Source: Octopus vulgaris (Eukaryota). Taken from it: a DNA stretch of 64,000 nucleotides. A program made the position numbers and the translations under genes. Shown piece after piece: positions 26,880 to 40,401 of the stretch. The stretch spans positions 23,746,001 through 23,810,000 of the forward strand of contig OX597815.1 of assembly GCA_951406725.2 (NCBI GenBank), given 5' to 3'. Position 1 is the first letter of the stretch. Every line of letters begins with the position of its first letter. The notes below the pieces were generated by a model. That model was not told where the DNA came from, made no database searches, and worked only from the letters and a program-made list of their open reading frames with translations.

Positions 26880-28296
26880 CACAAAGCCTGAATTTTTGTG
26901 GAGAGGTCCGGTCGATTACATTGGCTCCATCGCTCAACTGCTCTATTGCACCTGAGAGGATGAAAGGTAAAGTTGATTTCAGTGGAATTTCAACACAGAA
27001 GGTAAAACCGGAAGAAATTCCTAGGGGCTAAACACAGAAAGGACAAACAAGGACAGACAAACGGATTAAGTCGATTATATCGATCCCAGTGCGTAAATGG
27101 TACTTAATTTATTGACCCCGAAAGGATGAAAGGCAAAGTCGACCTCGGCAGAATTTCAACTCAGAACGCAGCGGCGGACGAAATACCCCAAAGCATTTCG
27201 TCCGGCGTGCTAACGTTTCTGCCAGTATGATGTGATACCTATTTCTTCACTACCCACAAGGGGCTAAACACAGAGAGGACAAACAGATTAAGTCGATTAT
27301 ATCGACCCCAGTGCGTAACTCGTACTTATTTAATCGACCCTGAAAGGATGAAAGGCATAGTCGACCTCGGCGGAATTTGAACTCAGAACGCAGCGGCGGA
27401 CGAAATACCACAAAGCATTTCGAAATACGGCTACGCATTTCGCCCGGCGTACTAACGGTTTTGCCAGCTCGCCGCCTTAAATAATAGTTTCAAATTCTGG
27501 CTCAGGATCAGCAGTTTTTGAGGAGAGGGTAAGTCGATTATATCGACTCCACTACATCAGTGGTTCTTAGTTCATCGAACCCGGAAAAGATGAAATGCAA
27601 AGACGATCTGGGCGGTAATTGATCTCAGAACGTAAAGATGAACGAACAACCGCTAAATATTTGGTACGGCATGTTAGCGATTCTAATAATAATGGTTTCA
27701 AATTCTGGCACAAGGCCAGCAATTCTGGAGAGCGGGTAAGTCAATTACATCGACCATTCAACTGGTACTTATTTTATCGAGCTCGAAATGATGAAAGGCA
27801 AAGTCAGCCTCGGTGGAATTTGAACTCAGAACGTAAAGACGGACGAAATGCCACAAAAATTTGGTCCGGCGTGCTAACAATTCTAATAATAATAATAATA
27901 ATCTTTTCTATTATAGGCACAAAGCGTGAAATTTTTTTTGGGGGTGGGGACTAGTCGATTACATCAATCTCAGTGCTTCACAGGTTATCGACTCTTAAAG
28001 GATGAAAGGCAAAGTCGTCCTCGACGTAATTTGATCTCAGAACGTAAAGACAGACGAAATACCTATTTCTTTTACTAACCACAAGGGGCTAAACACAGAG
28101 AGGACAAACAAGGACAGACAAACGGACCAAGTCGATTATATCGACCCCAGTGCGTAACTGGTACTTATTTAATCGACCCCGAAAGGATGAAAGGCAAAGT
28201 CGACCTCGGCGGAATTTGAACTCAGAACGTAGCGGCAGAACGAAATACTGCTAAGCATTTCGCCCAGCGTGTTAACGTTTCTGCCAGCTCGCCACC
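26880..28296 (-). mobile_element. Cluster of same-orientation SINE family A copies (young dimer 27023-27476, young copy 28061-28296, older copies between and upstream)
   Basis: Repeated ggatgaaaggcaaagtcgacctcggcggaatttgaactcagaacg at several divergence levels. Confidence 0.85.
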
Positions 28297-28706
28297 TTAT
28301 CTACGAGGGATGGTCATTAACGATTTCTCCTGTCCCACTTCCCATGGACTGGGATAAATGAAACTTTGGGGATTTTTTTTTCATTCGCAAAATATGAATT
28401 TTTTTAAAAGGAAGTAAAAAAATTTGAAAATTGGCTGTTATAATGTAGCCTTCCAGTTTCATTACTTTGACGGTATGATGTTGTGGTGAAAAATAATTGG
28501 AGAAAAAGTTACAGAGGTTTAAAAATCGAAAAAACTGGGTATTTTTAGCCAATAGCGAGACAGAAATTTTCTGCGCTTAGCGGAGCGGTGTCAACTCTGA
28601 GGTTGTACCCTGTGAAATTTATAGTTTAGCTCCTGACCTATTCATTGTAGGTTTCTAAATAAACAGAAATACGTAATTTCATTGTTGGTTTCTAAATGAA
28701 CAGAAA

Positions 28707-29107
28707 TCTTTATATATAAAAGTCAAGTTGTGTGTCTGTCTCCTACGATTTAGATTCCTAACTACTCCCACATTTTGCGGTGCAGTGTAACCAAAAGCGG
28801 GTATCTTATAGTCGTGATTCATATCGAGCCCTTCTGGGTATTAGCGCGCGTCTACGATGAGTCTACGATTTAAAAAATAATTTACCATCGTTTTTTTCCA
28901 TTTTAATGCATTTTTTCACTATTATATAAGGGAAGTAACTCTCTAAAAATGTCTACGATGAGTCAACGATTCAAAAAAAAAATTTATCATAATTTTTTTT
29001 CCATTTTTAATGCATTTTTTTTGCTATTTTTTTGGCTATAACTCTCTAAAAATGCTTATATAGTTATTTCCCTTACAAACCCGAGCAACGCCGGGCGATA
29101 CTGCTAG
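28707..29107 (+). mobile_element. Non-autonomous Helitron
   Basis: A|TC 5' end, 3' hairpin cccgagcaacgccggg then CTAG|T, no TSD; near-identical to 37366-37864. Confidence 0.85.
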
Positions 29108-29429
29108 TATTAATATATTTGTCTGCATGTGTTTACTTTATGCGTATTTGAGTATTTTGTATACCTGTCATGTATTGGTGTACATCATTAATATATAAGT
29201 GCATGTGTGCGTGTATGTGTGTGTGTGAAAAGGAGGCGTCTGTCTCCAGAACATCGAAGGTGAGTAACGTTTTCACTGGTCAACAAAGAATGTGTCCCAA
29301 CGAAAAGAATACCTGTATCTTATTTGTTTTTTGCATGCAAAATTCAAAAATAATGTCTAATTATCTGAATCACTCTCAGTTTCTCTGTTCCCCGATATCC
29401 CTCTCAGTTCCTGTTACGTGGGCTAAATT

Positions 29430-30950
29430 CTCCCTGCTTTTATATATTTTAGCTTTAGAACCCTAGCTGTGAAGGATGGAGAACTTGAGGGGTATTCCGC
29501 TGGAACTAGGTCACAGGAGAGCTGTGTCTGTATATGTGGACGACTTCACTGTCATGGTGTAGGACTCTTCGGATATAGAAAAGATTGACACTATACTGAA
29601 AGGATATCAGGAATGCACAGGAGCACTCATAAACTAGGTCAAGTCTGTAGGTCTGTAACTAGGCTCTTGGAGAGGCAAGTCGATTAGCAGCGATTTCCGT
29701 CGTTTGACGGAGGTTCTGGTGAAAGCGCTCGGAGTCTGGTTCGGACTAGATCTTCAGGTGGATAGGAACTGAGAAGAGTCATGACTAGGGTGTCCAAGCT
29801 CACCCAAAAATGAGCAGAAAGGAAGCTGTCTCTGAAAGGCCCGGTGGAAGTAGCGAATGCATATGTCGCCTCGGTAATGTGTACTATCGCCTAACCGTTG
29901 TACTTTTTCCTAAGAAAACTCTGATCAGATTGGAGCGCTTGCTTTCCCGATTCTTATGGAAGGGTCAGGTTCTGCTGGTCAGAAAATCCATCTACTGTCA
30001 ACACCCAGACGTGGTGGCCTTGTGATGCCATCCTTGATGATGCGGTGTCACGCTTTGAGGCTGTCGCACCCACAAAAATATCTAAATCACTGCGATGATG
30101 TGGACGACGACGGCCGCAACAACGAAAATAAGGGTGAACTGGTGTGGGCGTCTTTCACGTGACACGTCCTTCCACAGCAGCTCATCTCATCGACAGAGCT
30201 GCAGTCATGGGTCAAACGCAGACCAAGGTTGGGTGTTTGATCCACAATGTTGCCAGGTGCTCACTGCATTGTACCAGCTGCCCAAAACCGTTAGCGAGAA
30301 AACAACTCAAGATTTCTATAGAGGGTTGGTTGGGGATATGAGTGCTGATGGCTTAGGATTGAATTTCAGCATCGACAGGAACAGTCTGAGTAGTCTTTTC
30401 CAGGGGGCCTTCGTGTCGAAGATCATTGACAATTTCCAAAAGCCTTTGGTATGGTAGTGCTACAGAGGGGCATTGACAGTTCAAGACAAGCTCTTCAGGC
30501 ATGGAAGTGCCAACAGCCGAACCTGCCCGAGATGCTTGCCAGGGGACGAAACTGTCTTGCATGCAATAATTCAGTGCCAGTGCATTAGAGAGTTGTGGGA
30601 TTGTGTGAAGCAGCTGTTGTCGCGTGTCTGCCGACTGTATAGTGAAGATCGTCGCATCACCTTCCCTTAGCAGAGAAGGAAGGCAGCTCTTTCTCTGCTT
30701 AGTAACTGTGGCAAAAGAGACTGTGTGGTGGACCCGCCTGAAATGTTTGAAGACTGGCACATTCCTATCTGGTCAAGCCCTCACCAATTTCTTCAATTTT
30801 TTTTGAAGAGGAAGGTGAGGGTAGAGAGGGAGGCGTTGCCTTCTAGTGCATTTGTCAAAAAGGTGGTTGACGGTGGCAGGACTGGTGAGACTGAATGGAT
30901 TTACTCTGAATATTCTTTTCTAAGCAGGAGGAAAGAAGCTAGAAAAGGGA
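29430..30950 (+). pseudogene. L1/Tx1-clade LINE ORF2 remnant (RT C-terminus + zinc finger)
   Basis: LYILALEP..VSVYVDDFTVMV..YQECTGALIN..LERLLSRFLWKG..CPRCLPGDETVLHAIIQC; many stops and frameshifts. Confidence 0.85.
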
Positions 30951-31099
30951 TTTTTGTGTGGGGTTTATCCCGGATTACCGTAAGTGGACTGCCCCACTAT
31001 TGGGGATTCTATTTATTTATTTATCATTTATTTCTTTGCTTTCTATTATATATTTTCTGTTATTTCCTTTAATGTGGTAGTATCTCACCTTCATTAATG

Positions 31100-31990
31100 T
31101 TAACCTCCTCGATCTTGGCCCCCAGCTTGGTATTGGTATTGCAGGTAGAGCGGTTGGTGTCTTTCTCAACCGCGCCCCACACATAGTAATCCATGGGATT
31201 ATAATTGGAGAAATTAAGAGGACAAAAATTGGGGCTCCTAATTCCCCAGATTGTCGTAGAAGTCGTAAAAATTCTCCGGCAACCATTTCTGATTTTTCCG
31301 GCAAGGATCCGAATCCTACTGCTACTCCAGCAAGAATCACCTCCAACCAGAGATTAACTAATCTCCAGCAGCTTCACATATCCGTCTGAATTGAGCCTAA
31401 GGCCCTGTTCAATGGTGTGGGGCAGTATGACGTCATCCTCAATAGAGACACACCCAAAGACACTCGCAGTTCAGAGGAACTTGGTTTCCATGATACGTGG
31501 GACATCACATGGATTGTAGGCAAGCTACCTGTTGGTCTGGGTATTGTCTGGTTCTGGTCTTGGCAGCAGTTTTTTTTTTTTCACCTGAGAAGAACCAAAT
31601 CATCTCCGGCTCTCGTGGGAAAAAAATTTCGCCTCCGATTCCTAGCTTGTTCAAGAGCTTCTCTACCTTCGTCAAGCGGTTCTCCTTGGTCTTGGCTGTC
31701 AGAATTCCCCACTTGCGCCTCTTGCATGAGTGATAGCGAAGGTCCTCATTCGGAGTCAGCTTCATGGTAGAGAATCTCACATCCATTTCTCTCGCCAAAG
31801 CCCAAATTCCCTTGCTTGGCTCTTCCATCACCTTTTTCAGCAGTTTCTGGATAAATTCCAGTGTACCTACGAAGTCGAAACTCCTAGTGTATTCCTTCCT
31901 GCTGGCCACAGGAAACTGTGAAGATCTAGAAACGTCGGATATGGATTTAAGAACACTATTTTCAAAGCCGTCTGTAAAAAGTTAATAAGA
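31100..31990 (-). pseudogene. Tc1/mariner transposase remnant (maT/DD37D-like)
   Basis: HTH region WALAREMDV..NEDLRYHS, MIWFFSGEK (first Asp, mutated) and NYNPMDYYVWGAVEKDTNR (third Asp motif). Confidence 0.75.
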
Positions 31991-32983
31991 AAATATGAAA
32001 AATTAATAAGATAAAGATAAAACTTGAACATAATCGTGTATTTAAAGCTGTTCCCTATATATATATATAGAGAGAGAGAGAAAGGAGGAGGGAGGAAGGG
32101 AGGGAGGGAGAGAAAGAGAGAGAGAGAGAAAGGAAGAAGGAAAGAAAGAAAGAAAGAAGGAAAGAAAGAAAGAAACAAACAAGGAAAGAATGAAAGAGTG
32201 TAGTTAAGGAAAAGAAGGGCAATAATCATATATCAACTGATATAGGATTGTTCTCAAAGTGAAAGTTGGGTGTGTTACGAGGAAGTCGCTTCTTACAAAT
32301 ACTTGTTTATTCTTGTTTGTTAATGGTTTTGCTTGGAAGTTAGTGATTGGTGGGAGCATACGGTTTGTTTATGTAATAGATAGATGTAGTCCCGACGATG
32401 GTATTAGAAGAAACTACTGCGCCAGAGCAGACGACATGTACGGTATCGCTTGCCTGGACTTCTAAGTCTCACGTACCGGAATACGGGTAGCGTTTTTGTA
32501 GCCGTATATATATATATATAATACAATACGGACCACACCTAACTGTACACGCACACATGTACACAGGTGCAAGCACATACACACATTTAAACATGCATGG
32601 ATATGCAGATGGTTATTTTGGCTGCATTTCAATTCTGGTGTTTTAATTTATCAAAACCGGAGGAGGTGAGATGAAACGTAAATAAAATATATAACTTGTG
32701 AAATTTGAAGATATTTAGTTCTGGGGAATTTGGTTTTTTTTTTTTCACCCCCCACACCCACCCAACCCCAATCAAGTGATGACGACGACGACGATGACAG
32801 CAATTTCGTACGTTTTTGAAATGACGTCACAGGAAAAGAAATATGAATTTAAAAAACGATTATAGAATTTTTAAAAACTTGGACGTACGTAAGAGAAGTA
32901 ATCCAGTATTGGAACATAGTGAGGGCTAATAGAAAACTGAATTACACGTTTTGTCTTTGGCATGAAACTTGATATTATCATTT

Positions 32984-33099
<116 letters not shown>

Positions 33100-34184
33100 T
33101 AGAAAAAAACACCTTTTATCAATTCAAATTTTATTTTGCAATTTACTTAATCATCGGTATATTATTGTTATTTTATTTTTAATATTTCTATTATTTAATT
33201 TTCTAGATGGTGTAATTTAATTATTCATTTGAATTGATAAAAGGTGTCTTTTTCTAATTTTTGTATATATATTATATTTTGAGAAATTTAATTTAGCATT
33301 TCTAAATTCAATTTATATATATATATATATACACAGGATGTATGTCAGTCAGTGTTTGTCATATCGTTAAAACCCGAGATCCACCAAACCGATTTTAATG
33401 AAATTTTACACAATCATTATATAGGGTCCTTGGAGTGTCATGAGCCAAAAAAAATTTCAACTTCGTAACTAATGTGGGCCCAGGGGCAGATAAACCGCAT
33501 TTTAAAAGCATTTTCGCCGCGTTAAGGCCCGTAACTTGAAGGGTATTCAGTCGCTTTCCTCCAAATTTGCAACAGACATTAATCAGGCTCCTCGAATTGC
33601 TGTTGACTAAAAAAATAAGTTCCGACGCCGACTATGGGCTCCGCTCCTAAAATGCAGCTTAATCAGATTTGAGTATACTGCACTAGGTTTTATCTTCGTT
33701 TTAGGCCATTTTCCGATGATAAAATATTGACACTACTTATGCATTATAAGTAGCGTATAATATTTCATAAAAACCTATTTGTCCAATTTGGCAGAAGAAA
33801 TGAGAACATTAAAATTTTTGTCAGCACACTGTAGATGCTTCATGTTACCACCCCGCGCACCACCGGGCCATGTGCGCGTGTGTGCGGCTGGGTAAAGGCA
33901 CAACAAACCCATTCATCCATTCTCCAGAAGTGCCCTGTTGATGTTTCACGTTTCCAATCTGTGCAACGCAGCATGGCCCGGCAGCATGTCTGCTTTCTAT
34001 GTCATCCTTGTCTCAACTCTATAATGCAAAATGTTCATACAAAAAAAAAACCTTAAAAAAACTGCTGTTGTGACTCACAGCCATTTGAGTTTGACCGCGT
34101 GACCACTTCCGGAAGCGACACTCGTCACCTGCAATTAATCCGCCTCCCCGTGTTCCCTCCCCTGTTTAGTCGGACGAGTAAATA

Positions 34185-34665
34185 TAGGGTGTCCCAGAAT
34201 TAATGATGATTTGAGCGAAATCGGGTGCATTTTTCTAAAACTCACTTTTATTTATGTTTATTATGTTCAATATGTGTTAAAAGTGTATAAATTTTGAATT
34301 TTGTTAGTAATTTTATTTTCATTCCTGTTGGACCCCTCTTATTTATCCATGAGACCTTTTTTCAATTTGGCAGCAATCATTTTTCTACCTCCACCTCCAA
34401 GATGGAGCAATCGTTTAGCTGAGCTTAAAGAACGCATTCAGTTAGCAGCGCAGGAGCTAACTCCTGAAATGCTTCAAAGCGTGTTTCTCAACGCTAAGGA
34501 GAGACTTGAAGTATGCGGGGAAACAGACATGTTGAAAATTTTCAATAAAAGTTTGACGTAAGATTTATAAATCTTTGTTTTGGTAATAAACATAAAATCC
34601 TGTCAGTTTTTTTTAAAAATTTGCTCAATTTCATTGAAACAGATATTTAATTCTGGAACACCCTG
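34185..34665 (+). mobile_element. Internally deleted Tc1/mariner element
   Basis: TIRs tagggtgtcccagaattaa / ttaattctggaacaccctg, TA flanks, transposase C-terminal remnant LAELKERIQLAAQELTPEMLQSVF. Confidence 0.8.
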
Positions 34666-34812
34666 TATGGTGTAGCGTTGTTAGTTGTTGCGTTACTCGA
34701 GTAAATCTTAAAATCAAAGATCTTCTCGCCGTAAACATTCCATCTTTTTGTTAAGCATAATATGCTTAACATATCAAGGAGTATATTATCCAAAATGTGT
34801 CTCTCCTTTATA

Positions 34813-34940
34813 GGCGTGGCTGTGTGTTGTGGTTGAGAAGCTTGCTTTCGAACCATGTCCCTTTGGGTTCAGTCCCACAGTGCGGCACGTTGAGTTATTC
34901 TCTTTCATTACAGCTCCGTGCCGACCAAAGCCTTGTGTAT
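34813..34940 (+). mobile_element. SINE family B 5' fragment
   Basis: Head through gccgaccaaagccttgtg. Confidence 0.7.
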
Positions 34941-35455
34941 TATATAATTGCCATTACCGTATTGATATATAAAATTACACATACAACTCACTTATTAATA
35001 ATAAGCAAACAGAAGTTCATGTATGAAATTGATCTTTTTTCTACTTCAATAATTACATGTTTTTTTTCTTATAAAATACACACATACAGGAGGAGTAAAT
35101 CTCTATACATAATAACACCTTGAATGTGGTTCCCGTAAAAGAGTAAAAGTAATTACCCGATCAACGACGGGTATTACAGCTAGTAACAGATAAAATAAGG
35201 GCAAGTTTTATGGGACATCAGTATAACCTGATAAAGCAAGCATGTGATCAAAGGCACACCATGACTATCTCGTCTTTTTAGGGTTTGTCCATTGCATCAT
35301 TTCTTCATATACGTCTGTAAGATGTAATTTGTTGACCCGGGTATATTCCGTTTAATTGACAGCTGATATATTATCCCTGCTGTTTTAGCAACCATGATAC
35401 AATTATAACATTGAAAAATAAAAGTAATTATATTCTGTTATTTATTGTGGCATTA

Positions 35456-35650
35456 AGGTGGAGAGCTGGCAGAATCGTTAGCACGCCGGGTAAAATGTAT
35501 TCCGGCATTTCGTCCTTCTTTATGTTCTAAGTTCGAACTCCACTGAGATCGACTTTGCCTTTCATCCTTTCGAGCTCGATGAAATAAGTACCAGTTGAGC
35601 ACTGGGCTCGATGTAGTCAACTTAGCCCTCCCCACAAACTTGCTGGCCTT
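35456..35650 (+). mobile_element. Older SINE family A-related copy
   Basis: gagctggcagaatcgttagc..gactttgcctttcatcctttcg..agtaccagttgagcactgg. Confidence 0.75.
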
Positions 35651-36549
35651 GGCATTGAGGGCGGTGTATCGCCAGAATCGACAGTGTCAGAAAAAGTTCT
35701 TTTGTGGTATTTCTCGCGATTCTACTTTCCGAGTTCAAAATCCCACCGGGTTTACATTCTTCAGGAGTTGAAAAGAAGTACCAGTCAAGTACTGAGGCCG
35801 ATGGTATCGACTAATCCAGTCACCTAAAAAATTGCAGACCTTGTGCCTAAAATAGAAACCATTATTATTATGGTATTGAGTGGATTGGAGAAACCGTTAG
35901 AGCTCCCAGAAATAAGTGCCTTGCGATATTTTGTCATTCGTATAATTGTTTCTGATGGATCCGAAGTGAAGCACATGTACTGTCAAGGCTTAGATAACAT
36001 AGAACTGGTGGAGCTTCGACTAGTCAATTTGCTTCAGTACCACGGATCTGGGGTCTTGAATGTGGAGAGTGTTGTATACTATGTGGATCCGTAAGTAGTT
36101 AGTCGCAGTAAGATAAGGATCAGATGGTGCAACCGACAGGTGCAGAGATAGTGATGCTTTGAGAGCGGTTGATCTGTAGAGGAGAAAGAGATCAAGGATA
36201 TTGGTGGTGGCGGTGGGTGGGTTTGGATTCTATGTTTCGGTTATGGATGCAAGCAAGGGGTGATACTATTAACTGTAGATGGTTGGACATTGCGAAAGAT
36301 TTATTTTTTAGTCTAACGGCATCAATAAGATATAAGTTTGAGAGCGCAAAAAGTTGTGAGTATTGAAATGACTGGGGATAATGACATCAGAGAGGTGAAT
36401 GAGACAAATGTTCCTTGATGTAAGAAAAGATGTAGTCGGAAAGTTGTTGCTGGTTAGAGAATGTAGATGTATTGGAGGGTGTGAGACAAGGTGAGTTTGA
36501 GCGAAAGTAATTGGAAATCTTAGTAGTTTCTATACATATGTATAAACAC

Positions 36550-36843
36550 GATGGACTCTCCTGTCAAAGATGGCGTATGAGCGTTCAGCTTTTGCCGAAC
36601 GATCTGCACAAATGATTTGTTTATAGTGATCAAATGTCCACGCCACACATTAGCTCACTCTTTCCATCAAATCAATGTTTTCTGAACAGGTGCACGGTGT
36701 ACCGCGCGTCAGGTGTCGAAGTGAACGCAGAGTAACAAGAAATAAATTCTTTTGCTCAAGAACACAACGCAACACGTGGTCTAGGAATTGAAATCACGAT
36801 CTGGCGACTGTGAGTGCAGCACCCTAACCACTAAGTCATGCGC
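36550..36843 (-). mobile_element. Older tRNA-derived SINE
   Basis: Reverse complement head gcgcatgacttagtggttagggtg..gatttcaattcct, related to the family C head. Confidence 0.6.
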
Positions 36844-36849
36844 AATATA

Positions 36850-37864
36850 TCTATATATATAAAACTGTAGTTGTGTGAGTGTCTGTCCCCTTCGATTTAG
36901 ATTCCTAACTACTCCCACATTTTGCGGTGCAGTTTAACCAAATTCGGGTATCTTATAGTCGTGATTCATATCGAGCCCGTCTGGGTATTAGCGCGCGTCT
37001 ACGATGAGTCTACGATTTTAAAAATAATCTAACATAATTTTTTATTCCATTTTAATGCATATTTTTTCGTGTGTCGATGGCGGCGGAGTTGGCGTCCACG
37101 CTCACACCTGCACCTGTGTTGCTTCTCCCCCTTCTTCCCTCCCTCGGGAAGCTGTGGGGAAGGGAGTGTAAGGAAATCAACGTCGTAATGCGTTGTCAAG
37201 GAGACCAGCGTTCTTTTAGAACAACGACTTCATGGCTTGAAGTCGCCAAAACAGAAATCGCTAAAAAAGCTGAAACAGATCCACAAAAACGGCAAAAACC
37301 GCCACACAGGGCAGGTTTCCTGTGCAAACAATTTGCACAACCGAATGTTTTAGTTGTTGCACAAATCTTTATATATAAAAGTAAGGTTGTGTGTCTGTCT
37401 CCTACGATTTAGATTCCTAACTACTCCCACATTTTGCGGTGCAGTGTAACCAAAACCGGGTATCTTATAGTCGTGATTCATATCGAGCCCTTCTGGGTAT
37501 TAGCGCGCGTCTACGATGAGTCTACGATTTTAAAAAAAATTTACCATCATTTTTTATTCCATTTTAATGCATTTTTCGCTATTATACAAGGGAAGTAACT
37601 CTCTAAAAATGTCTACGATGAGTCAACGATTAAAAAAAAAATTACCATCATTTTTTAGTCGATTTTAATGCATTTTTCGCTATTATATAAGGGAAGTAAC
37701 TCTCTAAAAATGTCTACGATGAGTCAACGATTTAAAAAAAATTTACCATCATTTTTTATTCCATTTTTAATGCATTTTTTGCTATTTTTTTGCTATAACT
37801 CACTAAAAATGCTTATATAGTTATTTCCCTTACAAACCCGAGCAACGCCAGGCGATACTGCTAG
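36850..37864 (+). mobile_element. Composite Helitron: two 5' ends (36850, 37366) and one 3' end
   Basis: Duplicated ~190-bp 5' module (cgatttagattcctaactactccc..), 3' cccgagcaacgccagg..CTAG|T; internal ~90-bp subrepeats. Confidence 0.85.
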
Positions 37865-37869
37865 TGTAT

Positions 37870-38200
37870 ATATAAAATACAAAAATGGGACAAGAACGCA
37901 AAACATCCAGACAGTTAGGTGAAACAAAAAAAAAGAAAACAAAATATCCAGACAGACGATACAAAGAAAACAAGGACGGATCATTCGGAGTTTTCTATCC
38001 TCAGTCGAGTTCCAGATTATCTTTGCAATTTCGGCTGGTTTTATATATATATATATATGTAGTTGGAATTTACAGAAAAACATAATATGAAGACATGTGT
38101 ATAAACAACAAACAGATGTATTAGTATAACGCTCGAGAAGGTGAGAAAGTCTTTTACGTTTCGAGCTTACGCTCTTCAACTGAAAGGAACACGAGAAAAT
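37870..38200 (-). mobile_element. PLE terminal-repeat-like fragments in (TA)n context
   Basis: Reverse complement cagttga-a-gagc-gtaa-gctc-gaaacgta (hammerhead-like) at ~38155-38182. Confidence 0.5.
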
Positions 38201-38871
38201 AAATACCTATATATATAGGTAACAACGGTAATTGAGGGGAGAGTGAAATATGTGTGCAGATACCACTTTTCGGAGTGAAGTTTGAGTAAAGTGTGTAGCT
38301 TTGCCAATAGAAATGTATTATCGATAAAAGTCGAGTAATTTATGCTGCAGAGAGGAAGAGGATATGCGGCTTACATGTAAATAAAGGCATTGTGTATTGG
38401 ATCAAGGTTAGAGCTGAGTCTACAGATGCAAGAGAAAAGGAGAAAGATTGTCTAGCGGGTTTAGATCTAATTTTACGCATCATAGGAAGTATATAAAGTG
38501 TTTGTGCGCCGCACGGTCGCGATAATCCTTGCCTGGAGCCCGGTGTAAACACACGCAACAGAGCAAACTCCGCTGAAAGCAGAAATGTTAGCGCATCGAG
38601 CATAGCGTTAAACGATATTTAGTCACGACTCTTTACCTTCTGAATTCAATTCTCTAGTTACAACTTTGCTTGCGCTTTCATACTTGTTACTATTATTATA
38701 GGTGATAGAAAGATCATTTCATCTTTCCAGGATCAATATCAGATAAACACTGTGTCGTTAAAATCGAATATACAACTTTCTCGCTTGCGCTTATAGTTTC
38801 ATGATTAAACAAGAAATCTCTGTTACTATTATTATAGGTGATAGAAAGATCATTGATATCATTAGTATGGC

Positions 38872-39118
38872 GGTATCACATCATACTGGCAGAAACGTTA
38901 GCACGCCGGGCGAAATGCTTTGTGGTATTTCGTCCGCCGCTGCGTTCTGAGTTCAAATTCCGCCGAGGTCGACTGTGCCTTTCATCCTTTCGGGGTCAAT
39001 TAAATAAGTACCAGTTACGCACTGGATCGATATAATTTACTTAATCTGTTTGTCTGTCCTTGTTTGTCCTTTCTGTGTTTAGCCACTTTTGGGTAGTAAA
39101 GAAATAAGTATCACATCA
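38872..39118 (+). mobile_element. SINE family A copy bounded by gtatcacatca
   Basis: Slightly 5'-truncated; the same leader occurs at the dimer junction at 27222-27240. Confidence 0.85.
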
Positions 39119-39779
39119 GTGAAGGCGCATAATCACGGTTTCAATTCCTAGACTGGGCGGTGCGATATGTTCTTGAACAAAACGCTTCACGTTGCTCCAG
39201 TCCATTGCTCCAGTCCATTCAATTGTAAATGAGTAAATGAGCAACCACTGTGACAGACTTACGTCTCGTTCAGGGAGATTATTATTATCTCGGTCACTTA
39301 TTCGCCATGGAAACCAGGTTAAGCTTTGGCCGATAAATTCTAATACTCGAAAAAGTAATGTCAGCGGTTCATGAAGGTCATGTAGAATATCGGATAAAAC
39401 ACATTCCTTAACGTTCGCATCTTACCGAAATCGACTCCGCCTTTCCTTTTTCCGGGTTCATAAAAAACAGTACCAATGTCAAATAAAGATGGTCGTTATA
39501 ATCAACAGCATATTCTCCATGTGTGGCCTTGCGCTTCATGTCAGAAATTATCATTAATATTAATTTATTTGAAGGTAGTGATTTGGAAAAATAGTTAGAG
39601 CGTCAGAGAAAAACTTAGCGCCTTTGTATTGTGTGTTGATTTTAAATTCCATCAAAGTCACCTTCGCTTTTCATCCGTCAGGGTTCGATAAAGTACAGTG
39701 CTGTGGTCAATTCAATTGCCTGACCCTCTTCTTCCAAATTTGTGGCCCGTGACAGAAACAATCATTTGCTCGCCGAACA

Positions 39780-39960
39780 AAATGCTTTGCGCCATTTCGT
39801 CCGTCTTTACGTTCTGAGTTCAAATTCTACCGAGGTTGACTTTGCCTTTCATCCTTTCGGAGTCGGTCGATAAAATAAAGAACCAGTTGAGCACAGGGGT
39901 CGATCTAATCGACTTACCCCGATCGCTGAAATTGCTGGCTTTGTGCCAAAATTTGAACCC
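39780..39960 (+). mobile_element. Older SINE family A-related copy
   Basis: gttctgagttcaaattctaccgaggttgactttgcctttcatcc.. Confidence 0.7.
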
Positions 39961-40040
39961 AGCATTGTAGTTTGTCTGAAGAAGTGCAGTGCATATAGAC
40001 TTTATCACTCAGTGTGTATCGGTTTTATCAACCCAAACCC

Positions 40041-40401
40041 AAAATTTAACGTTTCGGACTTTTGCTCTTCAACAGAAAGTAGAACTACCAACTCGCTGAC
40101 TAATAGCACTTTCGTCTATTTCTATTCTCTGTTGAAAGATATCAACCCGAAACGTTAAACTTTCCATTCTTCACCACAATCTCTCTTTTCCTATGACACG
40201 AAGAATCACTAGTCTCATCATATGGAAGGTTAATATGATGAGACTAGTGACGATTACTTCAATTGTGATGAAGAATGGAAAGTTTAACGTTTCGGGTTGA
40301 TATCTTTCAACAGAGAATAGAAAAAGACGAAAGTGCTATTAGTCAGCGAGTTGGTAGTTCTACTTTCTGTTGAAGAGCAAAAGTCCGAAACGTTAAATTT
40401 T
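40041..40401. repeat. Large nested palindrome, probably derived from PLE terminal repeats
   Basis: ~140-bp arms (40041-40180 / 40262-40401) nearly perfectly complementary; central 18-bp hairpin at 40206-40250. Confidence 0.9.

Larger units (their letters stand above)
33315..35183 (+). mobile_element. Probable non-autonomous Helitron hosting later insertions
   Basis: Helitron-like 5' region after (TA)n (..ccaaaccgattttaatgaaatttt..); 3' hairpin acccg..cgggt then CTAG|T at 35180-35183. That both ends belong to one element is an inference. Confidence 0.45.

Noticed and set aside
32385-32500. Possible hammerhead (ccgacga..cggaatac)
   Set aside because: GAAA core and stems cannot be completed.
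38686-38855. 34-bp direct repeat tgttactattattataggtgatagaaagatcatt
   Set aside because: Simple local duplication with no element hallmarks.
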